A stretch of 64,000 nucleotides of DNA from positions 66,504,788 through 66,568,787 of the forward strand of contig CM120640.1 in the NCBI GenBank assembly GCA_051362555.1, written 5' to 3'. Below, in pieces: positions 1-26,077 of the stretch (the stretch's first letter is position 1; each line of letters begins with the position of its first letter). The stretch is from Lingula anatina. Lineage: Eukaryota; Animalia; Brachiopoda. Under the pieces are notes generated by a model that worked only from the letters and a program-made list of their open reading frames with translations, did no database searches and was not told the origin of the DNA. The position numbers and the translations under genes are program-made.

Positions 1-1466
1 CAATGACTTTGTTGGATTAAACAATTTAATAAACTGAATTATAAAAAAATCGACTATGACAACTTTTCCTAGTTTCATGAAAAGCCATCTTTAAGTATGT
101 CTGAAAAAAATTAATATGTATGCAATGGGTATCAGTTAAGCTCCTGACAAAAAGTATTAACTCCAACAGCTGTCTTTAATAATGCCATTATAATATATGA
201 AAGGCAAATTTCTTGCCCAGTTTACCACTGGCCTTTTTTTCTTCTTCTTGAGAACATTTAAGCACATATATTCAATTTTATCTTTAAATGCAAAAGCAAA
301 AACAGTAACCCCTTTTGGGCTTCCTCTGGAGACAGATATAACAATACAGTTGCATTTGGTCCTTCACAGTACAGAACCAAAAACAAAGAATACAATGAAC
401 CACTCTCAATAACTTCATGTAACCTTCCTGTCCATTCTGAAGCAACATTCAATGTTTTCAGTAATAGTTTAATTATTAACCGTGAATCCGTTAATGCAAG
501 TTGGCAAACTACACCTGACACTGGAAGTGAACAATTATACATTAAGTTGAAATCCCATATTGGGTTACAGCATGTCTTCATGAAGGCTATGTACATTTCA
601 ATACCAGAGGATTGCTTTTAATTATAGTTTTAATTTGCCTCTATGAGCATACCATTGTAATATGGTGGACACTAACTTTAATTAATCACCAACATAATAC
701 AACTATGACATGTAACATATGATTCCTGAATTATTAATATTTATTGCACATCAATTATAATTGTAAACACTACACTGAAGATAAAAATTTCTCTTCAGTT
801 GAACGCAGTGAAATGATTGTCATGAATCAACAAAATGAATGATATCTGTAAGCAATGAGATGATAAATTCCACAAGATCACAACAAGAATATTTGGTAAA
901 CTGCTACTGCTGACATCCCTGATACCTCACTACTTTGTGCCAACTGTTGCAAAAAATGGAAAATGATATTACTACCTTACTTATTCCCCATCACCACCTA
1001 CACTTAGTCCATCAATCAATATATCTTTATATTTGATGTCTTTTATATGCTGCTCATATTGTCAAATGTGGAATGCGCTGCATTCAATGCTACCAGTTTA
1101 ATCATAATGGAATGCCAGGATGAGTAGTAAGTTTTATCAAAGAATAATTTTATACAATCACAACACTGTAGAATTATAGTCTAGTTTGGAAAGTTATTCA
1201 AGTTTGAAAATCTTAATATCCATAAATACAAAATGGAAAATATACTTCACAAAGAGCAACCATATATCAACCAGCATCTATATGCAAAAGGAATGTACAA
1301 ATTATTATAGTCAATTCTTGCAGACAGTTATAATAGTAGATATTAGATGCTTTGAAACATTATCTGCAGAGAAAGCAAGCACACATACATTTATGCACCA
1401 AATACATGAAGCCTGAAACCAGTTGTAATCTGGTTGTGTATTAACGTGACCTGTAAGATCTTGTCA

Positions 1467-13467
<12,001 letters not shown>

Positions 13468-14596
13468 CTTGGAAACACTGAATAGAACAACAAAATGCTA
13501 AGGAACTTAACATTAAAAAAATTTTTTAGGTGATTTTGGTAAAAGAATAATTCCTGTAATTCTTCACAACATAAAAAAAGACAAATCGGTCTGGTTACCA
13601 AGCTACAGATACATTCATTTATAAGAGGTTCATGGAACATGTGGTCGTTATCATCAAAAACAGACAGAGCACATCTGGGTGAAGATAGCCAGTGTTCTTG
13701 CAATATGCTCTGGAACTTGACTGATAAAAGATATACAGAGTTGGACGGGCTACATAATCCGCATTCAATGACATCAAGATTTTTATAATCTTGTTATTGC
13801 ACCTTATATACAAGCAGGGCTTGGATTGCTGTGACTTTTGTAAGTTCTGTTAAACAAACTACAAAACTATGCACATAGGCATGGATCTGTTAGGATTCTA
13901 GGGGCTTTAGATACTTTACTAATTTTTTTCAAATGTAGCTATTACATGTATTCTAGAATTAAGGTTCAAACCCCCTTATATTAGACGATTTACAAGTGTT
14001 AAAACTAATATAGATCCTGTGTCTTTTTAAATACCTAGCCTAGTAAATTGCCCTGGAAGGGAATCTGTGCATGATCGAAGGAGGACATACACATGTAAAA
14101 ATTTTACTTCAAATAATCTTCATAAAACAGAGCATAAATTTACTGATACATTTTTAATGTGGTGTGGTGAAACAGACTAAATGTAGCACAGGTAGAACAT
14201 GACCCTTTAGTTTTTGGAAAAATTTTCTCATGCACAGATGCTGGGTAAAATGGGGCCACAAATGGCACCTCTGTGCCCCCCCTCCCACCATCCCAGTCTT
14301 GTTACATGCTGTGAACACCCTTGTCACATCCCAAATTGGAACCATGACAAAATGCCTCCCACCAGACTAAAGGTAACGCTGGAAAAACTTTCCACCTCTG
14401 TCTCCTCCGTCAATACCACTTTCTGTTGCAAGCAAAACCATGTCGTTTTTCATCATTAAGATGTCATTTCTGTAAAATATCCACATTCTTATCACCTTTG
14501 TGCATGCCAATATTCTATAAATAAAGTTATATGAGATTGGTCATTCCTCAGTGGATCACTACCCAGTCTATCACAGTTTGTCTAAAATTTTCTTAC

Positions 14597-14700
14597 CGGC
14601 AGCTTGATGTGGATGCTTAGAATAATAAGTGTGTAAAACCAAATTAGTCGAAAACGTGCGTTCCTGGAGACTCTTAGAGACGCCATGTTGACAATTTGGA
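14597..14700 (-). other. RUNDC1: Probable first exon of RUNDC1 (5' leader containing a uORF start)
   Basis: Minus-strand donor CCG|GTAAG at 14597/14596 next to the CpG-rich promoter. The first coding exon has an acceptor (TTCTATTCAG, exon starts 13477) only 10 nt before its ATG, so an upstream exon is expected. The TSS position is approximate. Confidence 0.65.
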
Positions 14701-15380
14701 GCAAGTACCTTTTTCTCGCGCATGATGTGAATTCGTGGACGACTTAATCTAGAGTGTCTTCGTTACGCTCAAGAACGTCCTTAATTGTTACACTGTTAGT
14801 AATAAACTCATCTCTTTAGTCTCCGAATGTAAGCCCCTCTTCTTCATAAAATAACATGAAACGTCATAACATTCTCAGAAAAAAAATGAATAACCTACCT
14901 GGGAGTCAAAATTTGGTGACAAACTGAGTTTAAAAGTCCAAAACATATGCCATTTTTTACACAAAATTATTGATGAGCATAATTCTTGCACCTGCTCCCA
15001 CGCACAACATACGGGCACTCTCGAATAGGTTCGATGTTATGAGGTTGTCCTTTTCACAGTACTTTAACATGTCACAGTCTATTTTGTTTTAAAATAATTT
15101 GCAATGGATGGACATATATGTTAGATGTGTAGCAATCAGATAAATGTTTTGTTATTTACCCTTTTAAGTCAAAATTTATCTTTACTTTTGCCACGCACTG
15201 TTTACGAATAATACGCGTCTGCTAATCTCGCAAAGTCTCGCATTACTTCCGCTTTAGTTCAGTGACAAGCTGGAGTGAGACTGGGCACCAAGGAAGTTGT
15301 CAAGCGAATTTTATCAAAACGTTGAACACGATTCTCACATAGAATTAAGAGTTTTATCCCAAGGATTATAATTCGATTAT
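14690..15380. promoter_or_regulatory. Bidirectional promoter of RUNDC1 and MOB3
   Basis: CpG-retaining stretch between divergent first exons. Motifs: CAACATGGCG (YY1-like, minus, 14681-14690), TCTCGCG (~14714), two TCTCGC followed by ETS-like ACTTCCG (~15226-15251), AAAATGGCG at the MOB3 start. Confidence 0.7.
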
Positions 15381-15417
15381 ATCATGGACAATGGGAGAGC
15401 CTAGACACCAATCTAAA

Positions 15418-18400
15418 ATGGCGATGAATCTTGCTTCATTCTTTCAAAGGGACAAGGTTTGTTTTTGCTCAGTGGGTCTTGACCATCCTGAATGGGTATT
15501 TAGTCATTCCAACTGGCACGTGTCTTTGGATTAGTGTCGTTGATTTGGTGCATTTGGGTAGTTTTAGCCTCACTAAATGGTCACTTCATGAAGAGTTACT
15601 AAAGCATCTTGGACAGTTGACCACAGTTTATATCCTTGCATATGTGACGAAAGCCTTTACTGAATGGTTGAGACTAGGTCTGTCATGGAGCCTTTGCTCT
15701 CTGCATGTTAAGTTTGAGTTTAATGTTTATTTTTTATTCATAATCTGGTAAAAATGCATCAGTCAACCTTTTTTAATTCTTTCACTTTCTGTACTATAAT
15801 TTATGTGATACTACAATATCAAGGCATTTATCTGTTGAAATGTAAACATCTGTTATCCATAGTTAAGTGCGTTTCATATAGCTTCCCTGTTAATTAGATG
15901 TTGATGACATTGTTAGATGATGAGGAAGTTAATGTTTTGGTATTATTTTATGAGTCTTTGTATTTTACTTTTTGTTTCAGAATGTTTTAAGAAAAATGCA
16001 CTTGTGTTAAGAAATTTTAAGTCAAATACTTAAAAAGTGGGATGACATTTATCATAAGAATGATAGTATCTAGCTTTAAGAATTTCAGACTGAATTTTCA
16101 GTTCAATGCTGAAGAATTGAAGTTTTTGTTGAACCTATACTGTACTTCTTTTTTTTCTAATCCGTGGGCCAATTTATATGTATGGGAAGTTTGTCTCCTG
16201 GTGAGGTGACTGTCCTCATGTTACCTTTCAACACTCACATGGATTACCAACTTAAGCTTATGGAGAGTTCCAGGATTTATGAAATGTTGAGATATTGATT
16301 AGGGAATTTCAAAGCCTTGATTATACTGTTTATTTGTCATGACATTGCTGACTGCTCATATACAATCAAGTTCAATTATCAAGAGTGTATCAGCTTCTTT
16401 GATTTGGAAAGTTGCCTCTTAGTGCTTGCTATAGAGTTCATCATCCATCAGTTTGGTTAGATGCTCTTTGAACAAAATATTATAATTATGTAGGCAAAGA
16501 ATGCATTACCACTGACAATTTGGTATCAGTCAGTAATTTTTATATGATGACAAGGGCCTGGATATACATACATACTGCTCTCCTAGCTGTTATCATCTGA
16601 ATTATACAACAGACCCCAGAAATTAAAGATAACATATGAACAATGCACCTAGTTTGCAGCCTTGTTGTCACCACAGTAATATAACTATATCTTTGTGGAA
16701 GGCATGGTGTATGAACAATGTAGGCATTAATGTTAAATTTCCATAATGCAGATATGTGCTGAGATGAAAAGATATTGTGCAGTACACCATAATGAACTAT
16801 ATAGGTTTATTTATTGCAATAGGTTCATTTTTGATTTTGTACCCAGTGGTTCTGTCTTGTGGTTATGACAAGGACAGACAGGGCAGATCCCTCCCCCCCC
16901 TCCACCCAAGACATGCTGTCAGTCCGATCAGTCATGACCAGGAAATTTTGTCTGGACCGGTAGAAAATTGGACTTGGTCGGTGCAAAGGACCGACAAGAG
17001 TTTTAAGAACTGCATTTTTGAATTTACAGTCGTCTTTCAACATACTTCACTAATAAAATTATATAAAACCCAAAGCATTTTTTCCCTTCCATTTCAAAAC
17101 TAACACATTCACAAACAAAGTAAGTTACCCTAATCATACTGGTAGTATCTGTCTCAAACGAACAGAGTGATTTTCGGTCCAACAAAAATTCCATTCGGTC
17201 TGGCAAATTTTTCATTACTGCCGGTCCAAATGTCCGGCCATTCTGAAAAGTTTGTCGCCCCCCCCCCCCCCCCCAAATCCCTACTGCTCCACCAGATAGC
17301 AAGTCATACATCAAGTTGTCATTTGTGTCAAGAAGTCTCTTTAAATACCATTTGGTTCTTTGTCCACTTTTATAATTTTTATATTTATATAAAAAATAAT
17401 ACATATTCTTGGGTTTCAATTTCTCACCCTGAAGAAGATAAAACTGAAATAGTTTACATTTGTATTATATAGGCCACTGATTGAATGTTTGCCAAACAGG
17501 ACATGGACATGTCAATAATGTTTGACTCAGCTTTTTATCCTGGTTTATTATCTTTTGTTCACAAAGTAGTTATAACCTTGTATCCACTTTGATAAGGCTT
17601 GCATACTTATAATTATATTAAAGGTAAACAGGTTAAAATTTAAAACTGCAATAGTATAAAGGATAGCTTTGATTTCTTGTTCAAATTATGAATTCGAAAT
17701 AATGCTGTGTCTTGAGTTTTACAAGCAAACTAATAACCAACAAATTTCCTGATAAAAAGATTGCTTATGCATATGCCTGCCCAGGTCTCGTCAGGATGAA
17801 TCATCAATTATCAGGACCTTTTGGGTAGGACACAGGGATTGTGATTTGACTCATTTATTATACACCCCAAGGATTGGTTGCAGTAGTGAGAAGGCTAGAG
17901 ACATGACTCTGTTGTGCCAAACTCACTGTTTGTTTACAGTCAAGTTCGGTCAACCGTCCCAAGCAATATATTTTTGCACAGCTTTCTGATTTGACTGGGC
18001 TCACTAAAGGCTACAAATATAATTTCTCTGATCTTTCAGAGTGGCCCCAAAAACAAGAAAATGGTGGTGGAGGGGGGGGGGGGTTGACCTGCGGGAAGCT
18101 AATCTCAGTCAAAAGACTGGTCGCTATGGGTCTTACTAAGAAGAAATTACATTGTTTAAATGTAAGGGACCATTCCCACAGATATTTGGATCTATTTATC
18201 TCCCTGGGGAATCTCACTAAATTTCTATCAACTTAACCAGCTTAAATATCTGTCATGCCTAGTAAGGCTTGACAGACATTTAAGCCAGCAAGTTGATAGG
18301 AATTTAGTGAGACTCCCCAGGGAGTTAGACCGATCCAGGTGGATCAATCTAGGTATGGGAACCTAGTCTTAATGTGCCTCTAAACATGATGCATTATATA

Positions 18401-21400
18401 GGGTTCAGTGGATTGAGACACTCCTTGAAAAAAATATTTTTGAAAATGTCCAACCTCCTTTCAGATGGCATACACTTAAACTCTGTGTCACATGGCATGT
18501 AACACAGAGTTTAAGTGTAGGTTTACACATCATAACTTGGTCCTAGATCATAGTAAATTTGCACTGAGATGTGAATGATTGCTACCCATAACTGTGTACA
18601 TAAAGTTGTGTGTAAACAATAGTGAAGTGCCTGTGGTTTTCTAAGCTGCTTTTGGGTTAAGTCATTGGTTGAGGAATCTGGGTAAACAAGTAGCACCAAC
18701 TATATCAGTAACTGTGTATGTTATGGGTTTATAATTTGAAAGTCAGTTCTGATAATTGCAAGAAGTTGAAAAATCTGAAAATTTTAAGATATGGGGGGTA
18801 TTGATACACTTAGAATCTAGCAAAATATCCAACAGGTTCAGTAAAAGAATTGAAATTTTTTGTCATTGTAGTATACTAGTACAAGTGTACAATATTTTCA
18901 AATATCCCATGTTAAAATATGATTCTGTCTGCAAGCATATGTAATCTGTATGGGTGACAGTTGTTCGATCAATAAAGTTGCAGCAAAGACCAATTTATAC
19001 TGTAAATCTGAGAAGAGTAAGTCCTGACATTAATGTTAACATAAAACATCACTTGTTCTAGAATTGTTACATGTTGGATTTCATACTATTTATTGTTTTA
19101 ATTCTGTTTGTATTTTAGACATTCAAACCAAAGAAAAAATTTGAACCTGGCACCCTCCGTTACAACCTCCACAAGCATGCAAATGCCTCTCTACATGCAG
19201 GAATAGACTTAAAACATGTGGTCAAACTTCCACCTGATGAAGATCTCAATGACTGGATAGCTGTGCATGGTAAGTGAATACATGTAAATGGTCATCCGAA
19301 GAAAGGGGTACCCTGAACTGGGGCCACAGATTGATTTTTCACTAGATATTCACTGTGACAGCACTGAAAATTGTCATGAATTAGCTAGAGATATATCTTT
19401 GAATATGTAGGAAAAAATCTATCTGTGGCCCTGGTAGAGGGTAGGAAAAGGGGCGAGCATGTGATGTGTTGGGGGTGAAAGACAAAAAAAACTGATTTTA
19501 ACTTGAGTATTGATTCACTGATAAATATAAACTATATGTTTACCTTTGACTGCAAGTTTAGAGATCAATATGGACTATTTTTTTGTATAATGGCAGGGTT
19601 TTTATCCCTTGGATTGAAGCCAACCAAGTTCTTGTTTTGAAAAACAACTTCAATTTGTTAGACTGGATAACTAACCTTAACAGACAATAACAAATGGCAC
19701 TAAGCTGCATTTCTACTGAAGCAATCAAAAAAAGTGAATTTTTTTTTCTTTTTGGCCATTAGTCAATATAACTGACAGGTGCGTGTAATTCAAGGGTCCA
19801 CTGTTATCTCAAGTTCAGAGCAGTTCATGAGTTTTTGTTATCATGATACCTTAGCATATTTTCATTTCCTTTTCCAGTGGTGGATTTCTTCAATAGAATT
19901 AACTTGATTTATGGGACAGTATGCGAGTTTTGTACAGAACAGAGCTGCCCTACCATGTCTGGGGGACCCAAGTAAGTCACTTTCAGTTTTTTTTGTGAGC
20001 ATCAAGTAGAGTAAGGTTTGTAGATGAACATTTTGAAAAGATTAAAATGTGATAAAATGATGTATTTTATAGAGGCAATGTGTAACCTTTTCCATGTTGA
20101 TCACATAAAAAGGAAAAGTCTGGCTCTGTCAGTTAAGTCAATAATCTGATTAGTAAGAGAGGAAATTACTAGGAAGGTGACTAAATTTAAACAGTTGTAG
20201 TTTGTCAAATGCTCTTTTCCTTTTAATTGCTTATCCAGTTTCTCTATAAGAGTTTTGAAAAATGAGTCATGTATTGTTTACAATCAAACATATGTGCATG
20301 TTTTACTTTGAACATTGAAACTTTGGATTTCTTTGTACTGTTTGTATTGAAACTTCAGGTAAAAATATCAAAAGGAAAACTGCACATTATTTTCTTATAT
20401 TTGATGTACATACTATGTACACAAAATACCTTCTACTTACATCATTTAAAAATACAATACTTTAAACTTAAAAAGACATCACAAATATCAGTGCAGCTTT
20501 CAGCAATTTTCTTAATCAGATCTGAAAGTGTATATTCACTGTAATATATAACATTGCATATATAATATTAGAAAAATAGAGCGCAGACCTCCACCAAGAC
20601 ATGTAATACTTATGATTAACCATTAATTACAGGGCCGTAGCCAGCAATTTCAAAAGGGGGGTTCTTTTTCTGAAAAAGTAGACCTTTTTTCCATAAAAAC
20701 GTCATGTACCTAGGTCAAATTTCACCCAGAGTGGACCTTTTCCCAGCAAAAGGGGCAGTACTTTCGACCCCCCCGAACCCCCCCTGGCTACGGGCCTGAA
20801 TTAACCAGTGGGTCATCACCAAAATTTAAACACTTTTAAGTTAGCCCATTTGTGACCTATCCTGAAAAATTCATCAATTAATCTATCCCTAACTTTTCGA
20901 GTTAGGCTGGTGCCAAACAAACAGATTAGCAAACTGACAAATGAAGGTGAAAACATACTTAGTAACCTCCTTGATGGAGGTAAAAAGTTGATTCAAGTTT
21001 GTCTGCCCAATCAATTGATTTCATCCAAATAATGTCTGTTGTTAACCAATTAACATGCTCCTGTTGGTCAAATAGTACATGCTTCAATGATTGGATTTGT
21101 ACTTGGATAAGCTAGTTGTATATTTGATTAAAGACCTGATTGTCTTTATTCCAAACACTGAATCTCAGACTAACCATACGTCGTCGGTTTCTTACTAATT
21201 GCATTTTTTTTATCACTGTGTGTGTGGTGTATTTCCTAATCGAAAAGGTTCTATTTATATACTCTGAACTCATCAAAATATAAAATGAGATAAATGTTGG
21301 ATGAAAGATTGAATTAGTCATCTCTGGTTTTTCATTTTCTTAAAGCCAGGCCAATTTGGCAGCCCTTGTCTCTATTTCCACTGCCCATTGTTGGTTTGCA

Positions 21401-24400
21401 TATGTCTTCAAAAAAAAAAAAAAAAAAAAAAAAAAGCTATCATGTTCTGCATGCTGGGTTGGCAAATTACTGTGACCTTTCCAACTATCATGTGATAGTG
21501 GAACTAAAAAGCCACATTGAGAAGTAGCTATATAGCATGTGGATACCAGTCCAGTGTCTATGCAGGGCTGTCATTTAGCCAGCTTTGCATGCTCCCATGT
21601 CTCACCTGTGTAGACTGATAAATTGAGATGACACTCACAGATTAGACAAACACACACTAGCTTGAGCATCAATAATGATGATCATTTTATGCAGAGGCTG
21701 TGGTGTCATGCTATATGCAAATTTGGTCTTGTGTCTTGTATCTAACATATTATAGGACCAAGCACTTGTAATCTAGTACATTTGGCGGTTTGAGTCATTT
21801 GTTAAATTTTTTTTGTAGAAAATGGCTATTAACACTACATTAACATAAATGTTGACATATGTACATCAAGAAATAATCCCATTGAATTTACTTATGAGCC
21901 TTGAATCTGCTGGAGATTGTTATGTCAGAAAACCATGATCTGGATTCAAATGTTAAATTGAATTTAATTCCGGTGACAAAAGGTTTTCTTAAAGGCATTT
22001 ATCCTTTGAATATCCTTTATGGTCCATGGCCAAATTTATAATATAAACATCAATATCTGTGCACATAAATTGTAACTTCATATACTTTTCATATAGAAGT
22101 TACCCTCAAATTAGCATTGGTTTATGAAACTTAATAGTGAATTTAGTTTCAATATGGATTGGATTCTTGTCTTAAGTTAGAAAATCTAGTGTGAAAAGTT
22201 TTCTTCTTTTTCTTTCATGTTTTTATGTACAGACACAGATGTGTCTGTACATATTGCCATCACCTGCGTCTGTCGTCGCCGTCGTCGCCGATGCCGATGC
22301 CGATGCCGATGCCGATGCCGATGGCAATGCCGTCGCCGTGCACTTTCACTGTAAACACGATAAGTGGAACACAGTTTTATTTTTTGGTTTTATATTTACA
22401 GAGCTGATGAATATTCATAAAACGCAGGTCAAGTTCGAAAATCAGCATGATCGGGCCATTATTGTAGAAGTTATGCTGTTTTATCACTTTTCAGCATATA
22501 TGCAACCCTGTAAACACATTTTAAGGAAAACCGTTAGGCCTGTTGTCATGAAACTCACAAGAGTAATCAATCTTACTAAAACGCAGGTCAAGTTCGAAAA
22601 TTGGCATGATCGGGCCACTATTTTACTATTTATGCTGTTTTTTTCCTTTTTTTCAGCATATGTGCAACACTGTAAACACAATATAAGAAAAACAGATGGG
22701 CCAATTGTCATTAAACTCACAGGAGTGGTCAATCTTACTAAAATGCAGGTCGAGTTCGAAAATCAGCATAATCGGGCCATTATTTAAGAAGTTATGCTGT
22801 TTTTTCACATTTCCTCAGATTCAATTCTTAGGCATGTTAACAGTCTTTTTATTTTACTAATAAGATACATTAAAGTGTTTGTTTGACATTTCCTGCATCT
22901 TTACAACATTGTTAGTTGATTATGTAAAAATGATGGTAAACTTGTTATCGTGTATTGTGTAATAAAGTGTCAAAAATGGAAATAAACTCATATCATTGCA
23001 GTTTGTCAGATTCAATCATTCACTATGTTCAGAATCTCAGAATGGAGGAAATTGGACATTTAACACTGTTCTATTGATATTTTTCCCATCTCATCAATTA
23101 TCTTAGTTGATCATATAAAAATTGCAGTAAACTGTTTATTTTGTTTTATGTTAAAAAAGTGTTAAAAATGGAAATAAACCCATGTCAGAACAGTGCTGTC
23201 TTGTTTCACATTTCCTCAGATTCAATTCTTAGGCATGTTAACAGTCTCATTGTTTAACTAATAAGACATGTAAAAGTGTTTGGTTGACATTTCCTGCATC
23301 TTTACAACATTATTAGTTGATTATGTAAAACTGATGGTAAACTTGTTATCGTGTATTGTGTAATAAAGTTTCAAAAATGGAAACAAACTCATATCATTGC
23401 AGTTTGTCAGATTCAATCATTCACTATGTTCAGAATCTCAGAATGGAGGAAATTGGACATTTAACACTGTTGTATTGATATTTTTCCCATCTCATCAATT
23501 TTCTTAGTTGATTGTATAAAAATGGCAGTAACCTGTTAATTTTGTTTTATGTTTAAAAAATTGTTAAAAATGAAAAAAAAAAAACATTTCAGAACAGTGC
23601 TGTCTTGTTTACATTTTGGCATTTTCAAGTTGTGACTTTGAAGTTCCATGGGCCTGAAGACCTTTGCTAGTCACATTTTCTGAATATCCATGATACTAAT
23701 ATTTTATTATTAACAATTGATGGTCATTATGCTGTTAAACATTATGTAATATTGCATCAAAATTTGAAAAAAATCTATTTTGGACACTGCTCCCATGATG
23801 AGCATTTAAGAAAAACCATGTCACTTACTGTTCTCAAACAGTACAGTAAATATGTACAGATGTGTCTGTACATATTGCCATCACCTGCATCTGTCGTCGC
23901 CGTCACTGTCACTGGTGCCGTGCACTTTCATTGTAAACACGATAAGTGGAAGTCAATTTTACTTTTTGGCTGTATATTTACAGAGCTGATGAATATTCAT
24001 AAAATGCAGGTCAAATTCGAAAATCAGCATGATCGAGCCATTATTGTAGAAGTTATGCTGTTTTTTCACTTTTCAGCATATATGCAACACTGTAAACACA
24101 TGTCAAGGAAAACCGATAGGCCTGTTGTCATGAAACTCACAAGAGTAATCAATCTTACTAAAACGCAGGTCAAGTTCGAAAATTGGCATGATGGGGCCAC
24201 TATTTTACTAGTTATGCTGTTTTTTCATTTTTCAGCATATATGCAACACTGTAAACACAATATAAGAAAAACAGATGGGCCAATTGTCATGAAAGTCACA
24301 GGAGGGGTCAATTTTACTAAAATGCAGGTTGAGTTCGTAAATCAGCATAATCGTGCCATTATTTTAGAAGGTGTGCTGTTTTTTCACATTTCCTCAGATT

Positions 24401-26024
24401 CAATTCTTAGGCATGTTAACAGTCTCATTATTAAACTAATAAGATACGTAAAAGTGTTTGTTTGACATTTCCTGCATCTTTACAACATTGTTAGTTGATT
24501 ATGTAAAAATGATGGTAAACTTGTTATCGTGTATTGTGTAATAAAGTATCAAAAGTGGAAATAAACTCATATCATTGCAGTTTGTCAGATTCAATCATCC
24601 ACTATGTTCAGAATCTCAGAATGGAGGAAATTGGACATTTAACACTGTTCTATTGATATTTTTCCAATATCATTAATTTTCTTAGTTGATCATATAAAAA
24701 TGGCAGTAAACTGTTCATTTTGTTTTATGTTAAAAAAGTGTTAAAAATGGAAATAAACCCATTTCAGAATAGTGCTGTCTTGTTAAAATTTGATGTTGAA
24801 TTTGCAGTTTAACATTATGTACTTTTGCATCAGAATTGGCAGTAGCCTATTTTGTGCATAGTTATTTCCTGCTTTTTGTCTGTACATTTGACAGCTTTGC
24901 TGCCTTGTATACAACTTCAAGTTCAATTGGCAATGCAGTCTGTTTGGTTAATTTTCCTGTAAGTTAAAGTTTTTCTTTATAAACATACAATTTTTTACAA
25001 GCGGCCACTTTCAAGATGTGCCTTTGAACCTCCATGGGCTTAAAGACCTTTGCCAGTCACATTTGCTGAATATCCATGCCACTACTATTTTATTATTATA
25101 AATTGATAGTCATTATGCTGTTAAGCATTATGTAATATGGCATCTAAATTGAAGAAAACCCAATTTTCGACGTTGCTACCATCATGTTCCTTATATAAAA
25201 CAAAGTTATTTATGATTTGAGGACTAAAATGCTGTTTGAGTTGGGAAAACGTTCCTCTTTTACTGCGACTTATACATACATTGTGGTCAAATATTCATTT
25301 TTATCGTATTGGCATATTCAATGTGGAACTTGGAACTCCCATGGGCAATAAAGCTAAATAGTAATCAAATTTCCTACATGTCCATGTTATTTAAAGTCAC
25401 TAATTAAACTTGCTCATAATTATTCTGTAATTTATTATATAATTTTACATCAAAATTGACACAAATCTCTGTCCACTGCTACTGCAATCGTTATGAAAAG
25501 AAAACTGTTACGTATTATTCTAAACTTACAAGAACAATTTTAAACTTTACATGAAGCTCAAATTGGAAAGCCAGCTGAATTGATTTATCATTTATTATGC
25601 ATTAATGCAATTTCATAAATGTTCATTTTTCTCATTCTGGCATTTTCAAAGTGTGTCCTTGTCTCTCATATGCCTGAATCCTTATGATTGTTACACATTT
25701 TGCTTACATCAGTAATACCTGTTGAGCTTAGTTAAAATTTGATGTTAAATTTGCAGTTAACCATAATGTACTTTTGCATCAGCATTGACAGTAGCATATT
25801 TTACACATTGTTATTTCCTGCTTTTTGTCTGTACATTTGACAGCTTTGCTGCCTTGTTTTTTTCTCTGTTAGAGCTAGTCAAGTGTCATGACTTGTTTTT
25901 CTTGAAATTCTTCTTCCTTGTCAAAACAACCTTGTTTTCTTTTTGGTTGTGATTCAAAGGGTAGATTTTAATATGGTTGACAATATTTAATATGGTTGAC
26001 CTTGTGATTGATAGAAACACATCC

Positions 26025-26077
<53 letters not shown>

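Noticed and set aside
16844-17290. GC-richer block with overlapping ORFs of 72-131 aa and poly-C runs in MOB3 intron 1
   Set aside because: No recognisable protein or splice pattern. It looks like a decayed MITE (internal GGACCG/CGGTCC inversions), but I could not fix its ends or TSD.
22421-23600. Regularly spaced repeats that might suggest a CRISPR array
   Set aside because: Whole units are repeated, with no unique spacers and no cas genes, and the DNA is eukaryotic; these are satellite-like arrays.
22191-24465. The two longest ORFs in the track (198 aa and 237 aa) with repeated QVKFEN.HDRA motifs
   Set aside because: They run through the 159-bp (53-codon) tandem units of the HINE element, so the frame is preserved by unit length. 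The homologous copy at 4008-6096 has TAA stops at equivalent positions (TGTAAA->TGTTAA). They begin at non-ATG codons outside the repeat's 5' end. Not treated as genes.
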